The position numbers and the translations under genes are program-made. Below, in pieces: positions 56,168 through 64,000 of a stretch of 64,000 bases of DNA (within the stretch, counting starts at the first letter, position 1; the number at the start of each line of letters is the position of its first letter). The DNA lies in the NCBI GenBank assembly GCA_037917685.1, contig JAVCBU010000006.1, forward strand, positions 1 to 64,000, in the 5' to 3' direction. Origin of the DNA: Thermoproteota archaeon. GTDB taxonomy: Archaea; Korarchaeota; Korarchaeia; Korarchaeales; JAOZGB01. The notes under the pieces are model-generated. The model did no database searches. It was not told the DNA's origin and worked only from the letters and a program-made list of their open reading frames with translations.

Positions 56168-57325
56168 CTAGCTAAATTTTCTAACGGTTTTCTTAGAAAG
56201 TATGTAACGGTTACCAGCGCTTCTACTTATTAAACCCTCCGCTATCAACTCTTCTATGTAAGTGTAGGCCTGGGGTATGGGTATCTCCAACTGCATTGCA
56301 ATTTTGTCAAGCTCAAATGGTCCATCTGGATACTTTTCGAAGAGGAAGCGTAGTAGACTTTTATACTCCGCTCCCGCTTTCTCAATGATTTTGGAATACC
56401 ATTCCTTCTCCCTTAAATAGTCCTTTAGAAGCCTTGTATCAACCTGTTTGACCCCTGAAACAGCGGCCATATCGAGAAGCTTGCCGAGCAATCTTAGGAG
56501 ATTCTGCGGTATTCCATCCACATACTTGTTACATTCGAAGATACATTCTTCGGTAAAAGGATAGGTCTTGCTAGGGCTTTTCCTTGTTCTGTATACTGCA
56601 AGCCTTTTAACTATGAGTGAAAGAGCCTCCTGATCATTTAGTGGAGGAATAACTATTTTCTCATGAACTCTAGATATGAGGGCGGGAAATTGTGATTCTA
56701 CTTCTTTATAGGATTCCGGGCTGAAGGTTAGAGCAACAATTATTCCCTCCGGCATTGAGGACACTACCTGCCTTATCATCTCATAGAAGTAAAATGTCCA
56801 ATATTTATCAACAAAGTAGATATTATATACGTCGTCAATAAGCAACGCACAGGGTCTACTGCCCTTCAGATTGCCCAGTATCAGGTCTCCAACCTCAGAG
56901 GGAGTTGATTTTCCGATATGGAACCTCTTTTGATATACCTGGGTGACAGGAATATTTAGAGCTTTAAAGATCTTCGTTTTCATAGACCTAGCCATTGCCA
57001 GAACTCTATTTACAACGGTAGTTATAATCTCCGGACCCGTTGCTACGTTAACGCTTATATATATCGGTAGGCCACCGTATCTTGAGATTTTATCTTGCAA
57101 ATATCTAAGCCGCATGGTCCTACCCGAGCCAGGCGGCCCCACGATATTAATGAAGCTACACCCCTCACCCGTGACTGTTTCCGTGATAAGCGGATCAATA
57201 GGTACGTCACAGGTTTGATGAACAAATAGTTCCGCAGCTGTTGAGGGATCCAGGATTATTTCAGATGTAAACGGGTTCCCTCTTAAGCCGAAGAGCTTTA
57301 TGTAAGTTGATGGAAACACCGACAT
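56168..57325 (-). CDS. AAA+/P-loop ATPase with C-terminal wHTH (ExeA/Cdc6-like layout), Walker A Lys replaced by Arg
   Basis: FGLRGNPF, GPPGSGRT, ALLIDD, ALISR, YPFTEE and GIP; C-terminal wHTH. Confidence 0.75.
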   Translation of the reverse strand: MSVFPSTYIKLFGLRGNPFTSEIILDPSTAAELFVHQTCDVPIDPLITETVTGEGCSFINIVGPPGSGRTMRLRYLQDKISRYGGLPIYISVNVATGPEIITTVVNRVLAMARSMKTKIFKALNIPVTQVYQKRFHIGKSTPSEVGDLILGNLKGSRPCALLIDDVYNIYFVDKYWTFYFYEMIRQVVSSMPEGIIVALTFSPESYKEVESQFPALISRVHEKIVIPPLNDQEALSLIVKRLAVYRTRKSPSKTYPFTEECIFECNKYVDGIPQNLLRLLGKLLDMAAVSGVKQVDTRLLKDYLREKEWYSKIIEKAGAEYKSLLRFLFEKYPDGPFELDKIAMQLEIPIPQAYTYIEELIAEGLISRSAGNRYILSKKTVRKFS

Positions 57326-57393
57326 GATACACCACTACTAGACCTTGAAGCTTAACATTATAGCATACAACCAAATTAAATAGGTTTAGACAC

Positions 57394-59526
57394 ATGCTGT
57401 CTCACTCAAAATTAGAAAACGTAGTTAAACTTGCATTCAAGGTTGAAAAGATAAGAAATGTAGGTATAATCGCTCATGTAGACCATGGAAAAACCACTCT
57501 AACCGATAGACTCCTTGAGGGCTCAGGCATTATTTCTGAGAAGACGGCGGGAGAGACGTTATTACTGGACTATGAGGATGTTGAAAAGGAGAGGAGAATG
57601 ACTGTAAAAGCTGCCGTAGCAACGATCCCATGCAGATTTAACCGGGAAGACTTTATCCTAAATCTTGTAGACACACCTGGCCATATTGATTTCAGCGGGC
57701 ACGTTGCCAGATCGATGCGGGCCATCGACGGCGCTATCTGCGTGGTAGACGCTGTTGAAGGAGTAATGGCGCAAACCCAACTAGTTACAATGCAAGCTTT
57801 AAAGGAGATAGTGAAACCGGTTCTCTTCATAAACAAAGTAGACAGGCTGATAAGAGAACTTAGACTTGAACTGGAAGATATAAAGGAGAGGATTGAGAGA
57901 ATAATAGAATCATATAACGCGATACTTGAGAGATACTCTAAAAAAACTCCTCTATTCAACTGGAGAGTTTCGTTCGAGAATGGAAGTGTAGCCATTGGTT
58001 CCGCACTACACGGATGGGCAATAACTGTCGAAAACCTCAAAAACGGGGTAAAATTCAAAGATATTGTTTCCAGTTATAAAGAGAACCAAGTAGAACAGCT
58101 GAAAAAGGAGATCCCAGTACATGAAGCCATCTGGAACATGATTTTAAAGCACATCCCCAACCCAAGGGATGCTCAGGCTTTAAGGATCCCATATATATGG
58201 CATGGAAACATAGAATCGCCGCTTGGCCGGGCATTAAAGTCGTGTTCACCTATGGGGGCTGTGGTTGCTAATGTGATCAACGCAACGCTTGACGAGAGAG
58301 GTAAAGTACTATACTACATTAGAGTGTTTTCTGGAGAGTTAAGATCTGGCAGTGAGCTTCACGCAGTTAACCGAAATGTTAACCTGAGGATAGGCCGTCT
58401 ATCTGTTGTCATAGGTAATAGACTTTACAGTGTTAGAGAGCTCCCTGCTGGAAACATTGCCGCTGTAACCATATCTAATGGTGTTAAAGTAGGTGAAACT
58501 TTGACTAGTGAATTTAAAGACTCCGTCCAACCATTTGAGGAATTTCCCTACCTTGCTGAGCCTGTAGTAGCCGTGTCTGTTGAACCTGAGAGAATGAAGG
58601 ATATACCTAGACTTGAAGGGCTTTTAAGCCAGATAGCTTCGGTTGAGCCAGGAATATGGTATAGAATAGACGAGGAGACGGGACAAGTAGTACTCGCAGG
58701 AACTGGAGAGTTACAATTAGAGATAGCGGCGTGGAGGCTAAGAGAAAGTGGGGTAGAGGTTGTGTTTGAAGAGCCGGAGGTTGTTTATAAGGAAGCCCTA
58801 AGGCATGATTTAACTATAGAAGTTGAAAGCCCAAATGGGGCTAATAAGTTTAAATTCAGGCTCCACCGTGTAGGGAATATTAAGATAACTCATGGTGAGG
58901 TTTCAAGAAGCATTAGGAAAATCTATAGAACCCCGGCTAATGTTTGGTTTATCGATAACACAAATATGAACTACATCGCAAATATACTGGTCGATAATAA
59001 GGTCTTAGAAGCTGAAAGGAGAGGTATAATTGAGGGACTAAAATCCGCATTGCGAAACGGTTACATGATAAGAGGACAAGTGAGAGGATGCGGGATCATA
59101 GTCGTCGAGGCGAATCTATCCCCTAATCCAAAATTACGGGGTTACCAGCAGATGTTCCTAGCAGCATATTCCTGCATTCAGAAGGCTGGAGAAAGATCAG
59201 CTCTAACAGTTGTAGAGCCATTATACTCGGCGGAAATAATGGTTGATTATGGTTTGGAAAGTGTAGTGGTCTCTTATCTTAAAAGACGAGGTTTCAGACT
59301 GGACCAAACCTTCGACACCGGATTCTTTAAAGTAATAAGAGGCGTTATTCCTGTAGCTGAAACCTTGCACCTCACAAGAGAGCTTAGAAGCATCACAGGT
59401 GGTAGAGTACTGTACCAGACCAGTTTTGCAGGTTGGAGAGAAGTTGAGGACAAACTGTTAAGAAAGTTAGTTACAAGAATAAGGGAGGAGAAGGGACTTC
59501 CCCCTCTAAACATGAAGTCCGAATAG
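57394..59526 (+). CDS. Elongation factor 2 paralog (aEF-2p-like), no diphthamide His
   Basis: AHVDHGKTT, DTPGHIDF, NKVD, GTGELQLE and LRSITGG; diphthamide loop reads LSPNPKLRGYQQ. Confidence 0.88.
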   Translation: MLSHSKLENVVKLAFKVEKIRNVGIIAHVDHGKTTLTDRLLEGSGIISEKTAGETLLLDYEDVEKERRMTVKAAVATIPCRFNREDFILNLVDTPGHIDFSGHVARSMRAIDGAICVVDAVEGVMAQTQLVTMQALKEIVKPVLFINKVDRLIRELRLELEDIKERIERIIESYNAILERYSKKTPLFNWRVSFENGSVAIGSALHGWAITVENLKNGVKFKDIVSSYKENQVEQLKKEIPVHEAIWNMILKHIPNPRDAQALRIPYIWHGNIESPLGRALKSCSPMGAVVANVINATLDERGKVLYYIRVFSGELRSGSELHAVNRNVNLRIGRLSVVIGNRLYSVRELPAGNIAAVTISNGVKVGETLTSEFKDSVQPFEEFPYLAEPVVAVSVEPERMKDIPRLEGLLSQIASVEPGIWYRIDEETGQVVLAGTGELQLEIAAWRLRESGVEVVFEEPEVVYKEALRHDLTIEVESPNGANKFKFRLHRVGNIKITHGEVSRSIRKIYRTPANVWFIDNTNMNYIANILVDNKVLEAERRGIIEGLKSALRNGYMIRGQVRGCGIIVVEANLSPNPKLRGYQQMFLAAYSCIQKAGERSALTVVEPLYSAEIMVDYGLESVVVSYLKRRGFRLDQTFDTGFFKVIRGVIPVAETLHLTRELRSITGGRVLYQTSFAGWREVEDKLLRKLVTRIREEKGLPPLNMKSE

Positions 59527-59537
59527 GGTGTCCTGCG

Positions 59538-60278
59538 ATGGATGTTAGGGTTGTACTCGTAGAGCCAGAAAATCCAAGTAATACAGGAATGATTGCAAGA
59601 GCCATGAAAAATTTTGGATATACAGATTTATACCTTGTCAATCCAAAGTTCGATATCTCAGAGTCTAGAAGAATGGCTGTAAAAGCACAGGATGTATTAG
59701 ATAACGCTAAAATCGTGGACGACATAGGAGAAGCTTTGGTAGATGCTTCCTTAGTAGTCGGAACAACATCCAAGGTTGGCGGCATAAGAAATGTTAGAAG
59801 AAGAGTAGTGTCACTTAGAAGTTTTATTGAAAATTATAAATGGAAGGGAAAGGTGGCAATCCTATTTGGGAGGGAGTCTATAGGCCTCACAAACAAGGAG
59901 TTGGAACTCTGCGATGTTATCGTAAATATTCCAACCAGCGAAGAATACCCTTGCCTTAACATTGCAAATTCTGTTTCAATAGTTCTCTATGAATGTTACA
60001 CTAGGGGTTTAAGGAGGATATTGATCGAACCAGTAAGCAGGGAAACGTTAAAACTTCTTGAATATTATGTAAAATCTATATGCTACTCTATAGGTTTGCC
60101 TAGTTTTAAGACGGAAAGGGTAATAAAAGTTTTAAGAAATGTAATAGGTAGATGTTTTCCGAAGTGTATAGGTGAGTCTGAAGCTAGGTATCTTATGATG
60201 GTTGCACGCAAGGTTGCACTTAAATTAGGAGTTGATGTATATGCCATTAAGGGAAGCCAGGTGTTACAGGAGGGTTAA
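59538..60278 (+). CDS. trmJ: TrmJ-family SPOUT tRNA methyltransferase
   Basis: VVLVEPENPSNTGMIARAMKNFG, FGRESIGLTN and YPCLNIA. Confidence 0.92.
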   Translation: MDVRVVLVEPENPSNTGMIARAMKNFGYTDLYLVNPKFDISESRRMAVKAQDVLDNAKIVDDIGEALVDASLVVGTTSKVGGIRNVRRRVVSLRSFIENYKWKGKVAILFGRESIGLTNKELELCDVIVNIPTSEEYPCLNIANSVSIVLYECYTRGLRRILIEPVSRETLKLLEYYVKSICYSIGLPSFKTERVIKVLRNVIGRCFPKCIGESEARYLMMVARKVALKLGVDVYAIKGSQVLQEG

Positions 60279-60741
60279 AAGACCATATACCAGAAAGGAA
60301 TATATTAAATCCATACCCCCATCCAAGATTCGAAAGTACGAATTTGGCAACAAGAAAGGTGAATATGACTACGTATATAGAATCATTACAGAGGCGCCTT
60401 TTCAGCTTAGAAGCAACGCTATTGAAGCATTTAGGCTGGGACTACTTGGCCAGTTGAGAAATTTATCAAAAGAAAACTATTTTGTGATAATACATGCGCA
60501 CCCTCACCATATACTACGCAGGCATGCTATGGCTAGTGGACACAAGGCGGAAAGATTGCAGAAGGGGATGAGACTAGCCTTCGGAAAGCCCGACGGGAGA
60601 GCCGCCCAGCTCGACAAAGGCAGCAGAATAGCTTCCATCATGGGCTACTCCAGGGACGAGGAAGCGATAAAGAACGCTATTAGAGTAGCAGCGTCTAAAC
60701 TACCTCCATACATTAGGATCGTCAGAGAGAATCTTAAATAG
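60241..60741 (+). CDS. rpl10e: 50S ribosomal protein uL16 (L10e)
   Basis: ARCYR...PYTRKEY, GMRLAFGKP and SKLP. Confidence 0.95.
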   Translation: MPLREARCYRRVKRPYTRKEYIKSIPPSKIRKYEFGNKKGEYDYVYRIITEAPFQLRSNAIEAFRLGLLGQLRNLSKENYFVIIHAHPHHILRRHAMASGHKAERLQKGMRLAFGKPDGRAAQLDKGSRIASIMGYSRDEEAIKNAIRVAASKLPPYIRIVRENLK

Positions 60742-60753
60742 GCGAACAAATAG

Positions 60754-61335
60754 ATGAGTAAACCCCTACAAAAGAATAACATGAAAATGGAGATAGTATA
60801 TCCCGGCAAGCATATAGGCATTGTTGAAGAGGGAACTCCAGGTAAAAATACCTACGAAGTTAATGGAAACATATATTCCTCTGTTATTGGCAGATTAAAC
60901 TATGACAGAGATAACCGAGAGTTTCGAGTTCACCCCTTTAAAGAACTGAACTACGTGTCAACAGGGTATGTTATCGTGGGAACAGTATCTGCAACTGGTT
61001 TAAGTTCAGCTCAAGTTGAGATAGAAGCAATATATAGGCCAAAGACAAGAATCCTTGGAAAACCACTCGAGGGTTACATATTTAAGCGTAAAGAAAGTAG
61101 CTGGATGTTCTCCGTGGCAGATGTAATACTCGCTAAGGTATTAAGAATAGTATTCGGACGCATCCACCTCACTATAAACGAGCCCGAACTCGGAGTGATC
61201 TATTCTAAATGCCCTGAATGTGCTATGCCCTTAAAGCGAGTTGGAAACACCCTTGTATGCGGGGAATGCGAGAAAGTTATAGTGAATAAAAAGCTATCTC
61301 CATTTTACAGTAAACTGTCGATTACCCAGAAGTAG
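60754..61335 (+). CDS. csl4: Exosome subunit Csl4
   Basis: VYPG..EE..PG.NTY, S1 domain and ELGVIYSKCPEC...CGEC. Confidence 0.9.
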   Translation: MSKPLQKNNMKMEIVYPGKHIGIVEEGTPGKNTYEVNGNIYSSVIGRLNYDRDNREFRVHPFKELNYVSTGYVIVGTVSATGLSSAQVEIEAIYRPKTRILGKPLEGYIFKRKESSWMFSVADVILAKVLRIVFGRIHLTINEPELGVIYSKCPECAMPLKRVGNTLVCGECEKVIVNKKLSPFYSKLSITQK

Positions 61336-62077
61336 TATTAGTTATGGATTGATTAGCCACATATACTGTAAACTCTTGTTTCTCTACTTTTAACGCTGTA
61401 TTATATCCTCCCTTACCTGCTACAACCCGAAACGTCACAGTCTTGTTACCAGTAAAGTTACCAATCCAAACAGATTCCATGTATCCACTAGCATCCGTTA
61501 AACCCTTCTCTGGATCAAATGACCCGATAGATGCTGAAAACCATACGATTGCATCCTTTAAGGGCCGGCCACTCCTATTATCAACAACGTATACTTTCAC
61601 TGTCGCATTAAATAATACCGAAATGTTCCCTCCCGGGACCGTAGCCTCACGGACCGGGACATAAATTTCAATTCTAGCGGAAAGCGCACCTGAAAACACT
61701 GAGAAGTAATCTTCGTAGCTGCCATAATTCTTAATAAATACTCTAGCACCGTAAAGCCCTACCGAGTAGTTTTCGCCTGCCTTGAACGTTAAGTTCAATT
61801 GCCCCCCGGGTGGGAATGGTACTTTTAGAGTCTCAACAGTTCTTCTATCTATATAAGAGTATATCTCCACCGTAACCTCATTTACACGTCCCTCTAATCC
61901 TTTAGGCAATCTTATAGAAACAGTATAGTCCATGCCTATACCAACAGATTTAGGACTTACTGTCACACTTACGTATTCTCTAATTGACCTTATAGTCGGT
62001 ATTCCGATGAGAAGAATAAGAACTGCAACTGCTAACATCATGGAAACCAAGTTTTTAGTCTCCTTATACCATGCCAT
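61322..62077 (-). CDS. Membrane-anchored Ig-like beta-sandwich protein
   Basis: N-terminal TM; GRPLKDAIV...GLTDASG...KGGY; several N-x-S/T sequons. Confidence 0.7.
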   Translation of the reverse strand: MAWYKETKNLVSMMLAVAVLILLIGIPTIRSIREYVSVTVSPKSVGIGMDYTVSIRLPKGLEGRVNEVTVEIYSYIDRRTVETLKVPFPPGGQLNLTFKAGENYSVGLYGARVFIKNYGSYEDYFSVFSGALSARIEIYVPVREATVPGGNISVLFNATVKVYVVDNRSGRPLKDAIVWFSASIGSFDPEKGLTDASGYMESVWIGNFTGNKTVTFRVVAGKGGYNTALKVEKQEFTVYVANQSITNTTSG

Positions 62078-62356
62078 GTTATCACCCGCATTCTCAAACA
62101 TTCACATTAAGCTTCTCAATTAATATTATCGTTGGGTTCTTATTGTTACTGAAACCATATTGATGGTGAATGTAAAGCAGATTCTTAGTATAATTACTCC
62201 TCAACACGATTACACCTTCACTATGAGTTTAGGCTTACGTCAGCCTTAAGCGATGGAGACATTTAAAGTTTCCCATCTCGAGGCCTAGCAATATCTGAGA
62301 ACCAAGGTCTTAATGTCTCCAACAACTTAAAAATAGTCTAAGGTTTTAAATTCTAG

Positions 62357-63490
62357 ATGGATAAGGCTGGCAGTATCAGACATATAGCCTCATCTAAGGG
62401 TATAGACTTTATACAAAGTGCTAGGTACATTATATTCGGAAGTAAGGCTTTGAATAGGATTACAGATATTTTAACACTATTGGGTTTAAGAAAGAAGACC
62501 GGCATAATAATTTCGGGACCTACGAAAACGTATAAGATAGGGCTGAATGTTCAGTCTAAACTAGATTCTGAGGGGTTTAAAGCTGAGATTATTCCTGTAA
62601 AGAGCGGCATACCAGCATTAAAAGAGGTTTACCGTGTCGAAAAGGCTATAGGCCAGACTAACGCGGAATATGTTATCGCTGTGGGAGGAGGAAGCATTAT
62701 TGACATCGCCAAGCTATCAGCAGCATGGAGAAACCTAAAGTACATTAGTGTGCCAACCTCCGCGGCACATGACGGAATAGCTTCACCATCTATCTCGTTC
62801 TTACTGAAACAGGAGGTAGAAAAAACTCGTGGGGCGGAGTGGAGCAGGTGCGAAGCCCCAATTGCTATCATTGCCGACACAGAAGTAATCATGAACGCCC
62901 CGGAAGTAACACTTATATCTGGATGTGGAGATCTGATCTCGAAGTATGTATCTGTTAAAGACTGGGTCCTAGCAGCAAAACTAAAAGATGAGCCTTTTAG
63001 CGAGTACGCGGCATCTCTCGCACTACTGAGTGCGAGACTCGTCGCTTCTCATGCAGCAGAGATAAAGCCTGGATTGGAGGAAAGCGTGAGAATTGTAGTA
63101 AAATCGCTTATTGGATCAGGTATGGCTATAAGTATAGCTGGAAGCAGCAGGCCGGCAAGCGGCTCGGAACACATGTTCAGCCATGCTTTGGATCTCTTAC
63201 ATAAAGAAAAGGGGTATAGTAATGCCCCACACGGTATACAATGTGGGTTAGGTGCCATAATGATGGAATATTTACATGGTGGAAATTGGAAGAGGCTGAG
63301 AAGGAAGTTGAAGATTATCGGCTGCCCCGTAACCGCTACAGAGGCAGGTCTTTCGGAGGAGGCTGTTGTTAAGGCTTTGACAATAGCCCACAAGATAAGG
63401 AATAGATATACTATTCTTGGAGAATCCGGGTTATCTGAGAATGCTGCGAGGAAACTGGCTGTGAAGACAGGGGTTATAGAAGGAGATTAG
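62357..63490 (+). CDS. egsA: sn-glycerol-1-phosphate dehydrogenase
   Basis: GGGSIIDIAK, PTSAAHDGIASP, SSRPASGSEHMFSHALD, HGIQCG and RYTIL. Confidence 0.96.
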   Translation: MDKAGSIRHIASSKGIDFIQSARYIIFGSKALNRITDILTLLGLRKKTGIIISGPTKTYKIGLNVQSKLDSEGFKAEIIPVKSGIPALKEVYRVEKAIGQTNAEYVIAVGGGSIIDIAKLSAAWRNLKYISVPTSAAHDGIASPSISFLLKQEVEKTRGAEWSRCEAPIAIIADTEVIMNAPEVTLISGCGDLISKYVSVKDWVLAAKLKDEPFSEYAASLALLSARLVASHAAEIKPGLEESVRIVVKSLIGSGMAISIAGSSRPASGSEHMFSHALDLLHKEKGYSNAPHGIQCGLGAIMMEYLHGGNWKRLRRKLKIIGCPVTATEAGLSEEAVVKALTIAHKIRNRYTILGESGLSENAARKLAVKTGVIEGD

Positions 63491-63995
63491 CCGCAACCCT
63501 TGAAAACATACTTGAGAGGAAGAATGAAGCTATAGTTGAAGATAAAGATTTTACTGTCCCAAGTTTGTGTATGGACTTGCAAATCGCAAAAACTATAAAA
63601 GCCTGCCATAGGGTGAAGATAACCATTAGCACGGGCCTAGCATGTATAAATGGGTCGTTTTCGATGTAAGCATGGAAAACCTCAGAGAGCAAAATAGAAA
63701 CATTCGATTTAGCGGGTACGTTAACTACAGGGTGAAGGATATTGTATATTAGGAGAGAACAGTAGTAGGGGATTTGCACTATAAAACTGTAGCATACAGC
63801 TCTAAAATGCTGGTCAATAGAACCATACCCTCCAAATATTGCTGAAATGAACCATCCTATGACGGATAATGACAGAATATTTACAGCAACAACTACGAGG
63901 GGAGGAAAAACTATTCTATTCTTGATTTGAAGGGAAACTTGCATTATAATCCCGGAGGTGAGATTCCCTTGTAAAACTCTAATCTTACTTAGCAT
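63474..63995 (-). CDS. Yip1-like membrane protein (may be truncated at the window edge)
   Basis: Multi-TM; AIFGGYGS...AVCYS..P and W......KSIHKL pattern. Confidence 0.65.
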   Translation of the reverse strand: MLSKIRVLQGNLTSGIIMQVSLQIKNRIVFPPLVVVAVNILSLSVIGWFISAIFGGYGSIDQHFRAVCYSFIVQIPYYCSLLIYNILHPVVNVPAKSNVSILLSEVFHAYIENDPFIHARPVLMVIFTLWQAFIVFAICKSIHKLGTVKSLSSTIASFFLSSMFSRVAANLLL

Positions 63996-64000
63996 TGCCA

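Overview
A core-genome window from a (hyper)thermophilic archaeon, most likely a deep TACK/Korarchaeota-like lineage. That placement is an inference from the 16S sequence, a tRNA-Ile(UAU), an EF-2 paralog lacking the diphthamide His, and FtsZ/SepF division genes. The window holds the 5' ~1.09 kb of a 16S rRNA gene (minus strand), 13 tRNA genes and about 75 mostly housekeeping CDS: translation factors, r-proteins, a PCNA/primase/GINS cluster, the secE-nusG-L11-L1-L10-L12-alaS operon, gcvPA/PB, lipid and N-glycosylation genes, two ftsZ genes and an S-layer cluster. I saw no mobile element or CRISPR array. The strongest signal is RNA splicing. Nine of the 13 tRNAs carry 16 tiny (11-32 nt) BHB-type introns. 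One sits inside the acceptor stem (67/68) of tRNA-Ala(UGC), and removing it restores the G3:U70 identity pair. Another sits at 8/9 in a triple-intron tRNA-His. Leader and intron segments are complementary to other splice junctions of the same pre-tRNA, which suggests a built-in, ordered folding and splicing programme. Other oddities are an H/ACA-like hairpin heading the pre-16S transcript, rpo10 and gcvPA without normal start codons (CTG and ACG; gcvPA may instead carry an mRNA BHB intron), and C33 in tRNA-Gly(CCC). All structures were read by eye; no folding program or database search was run.
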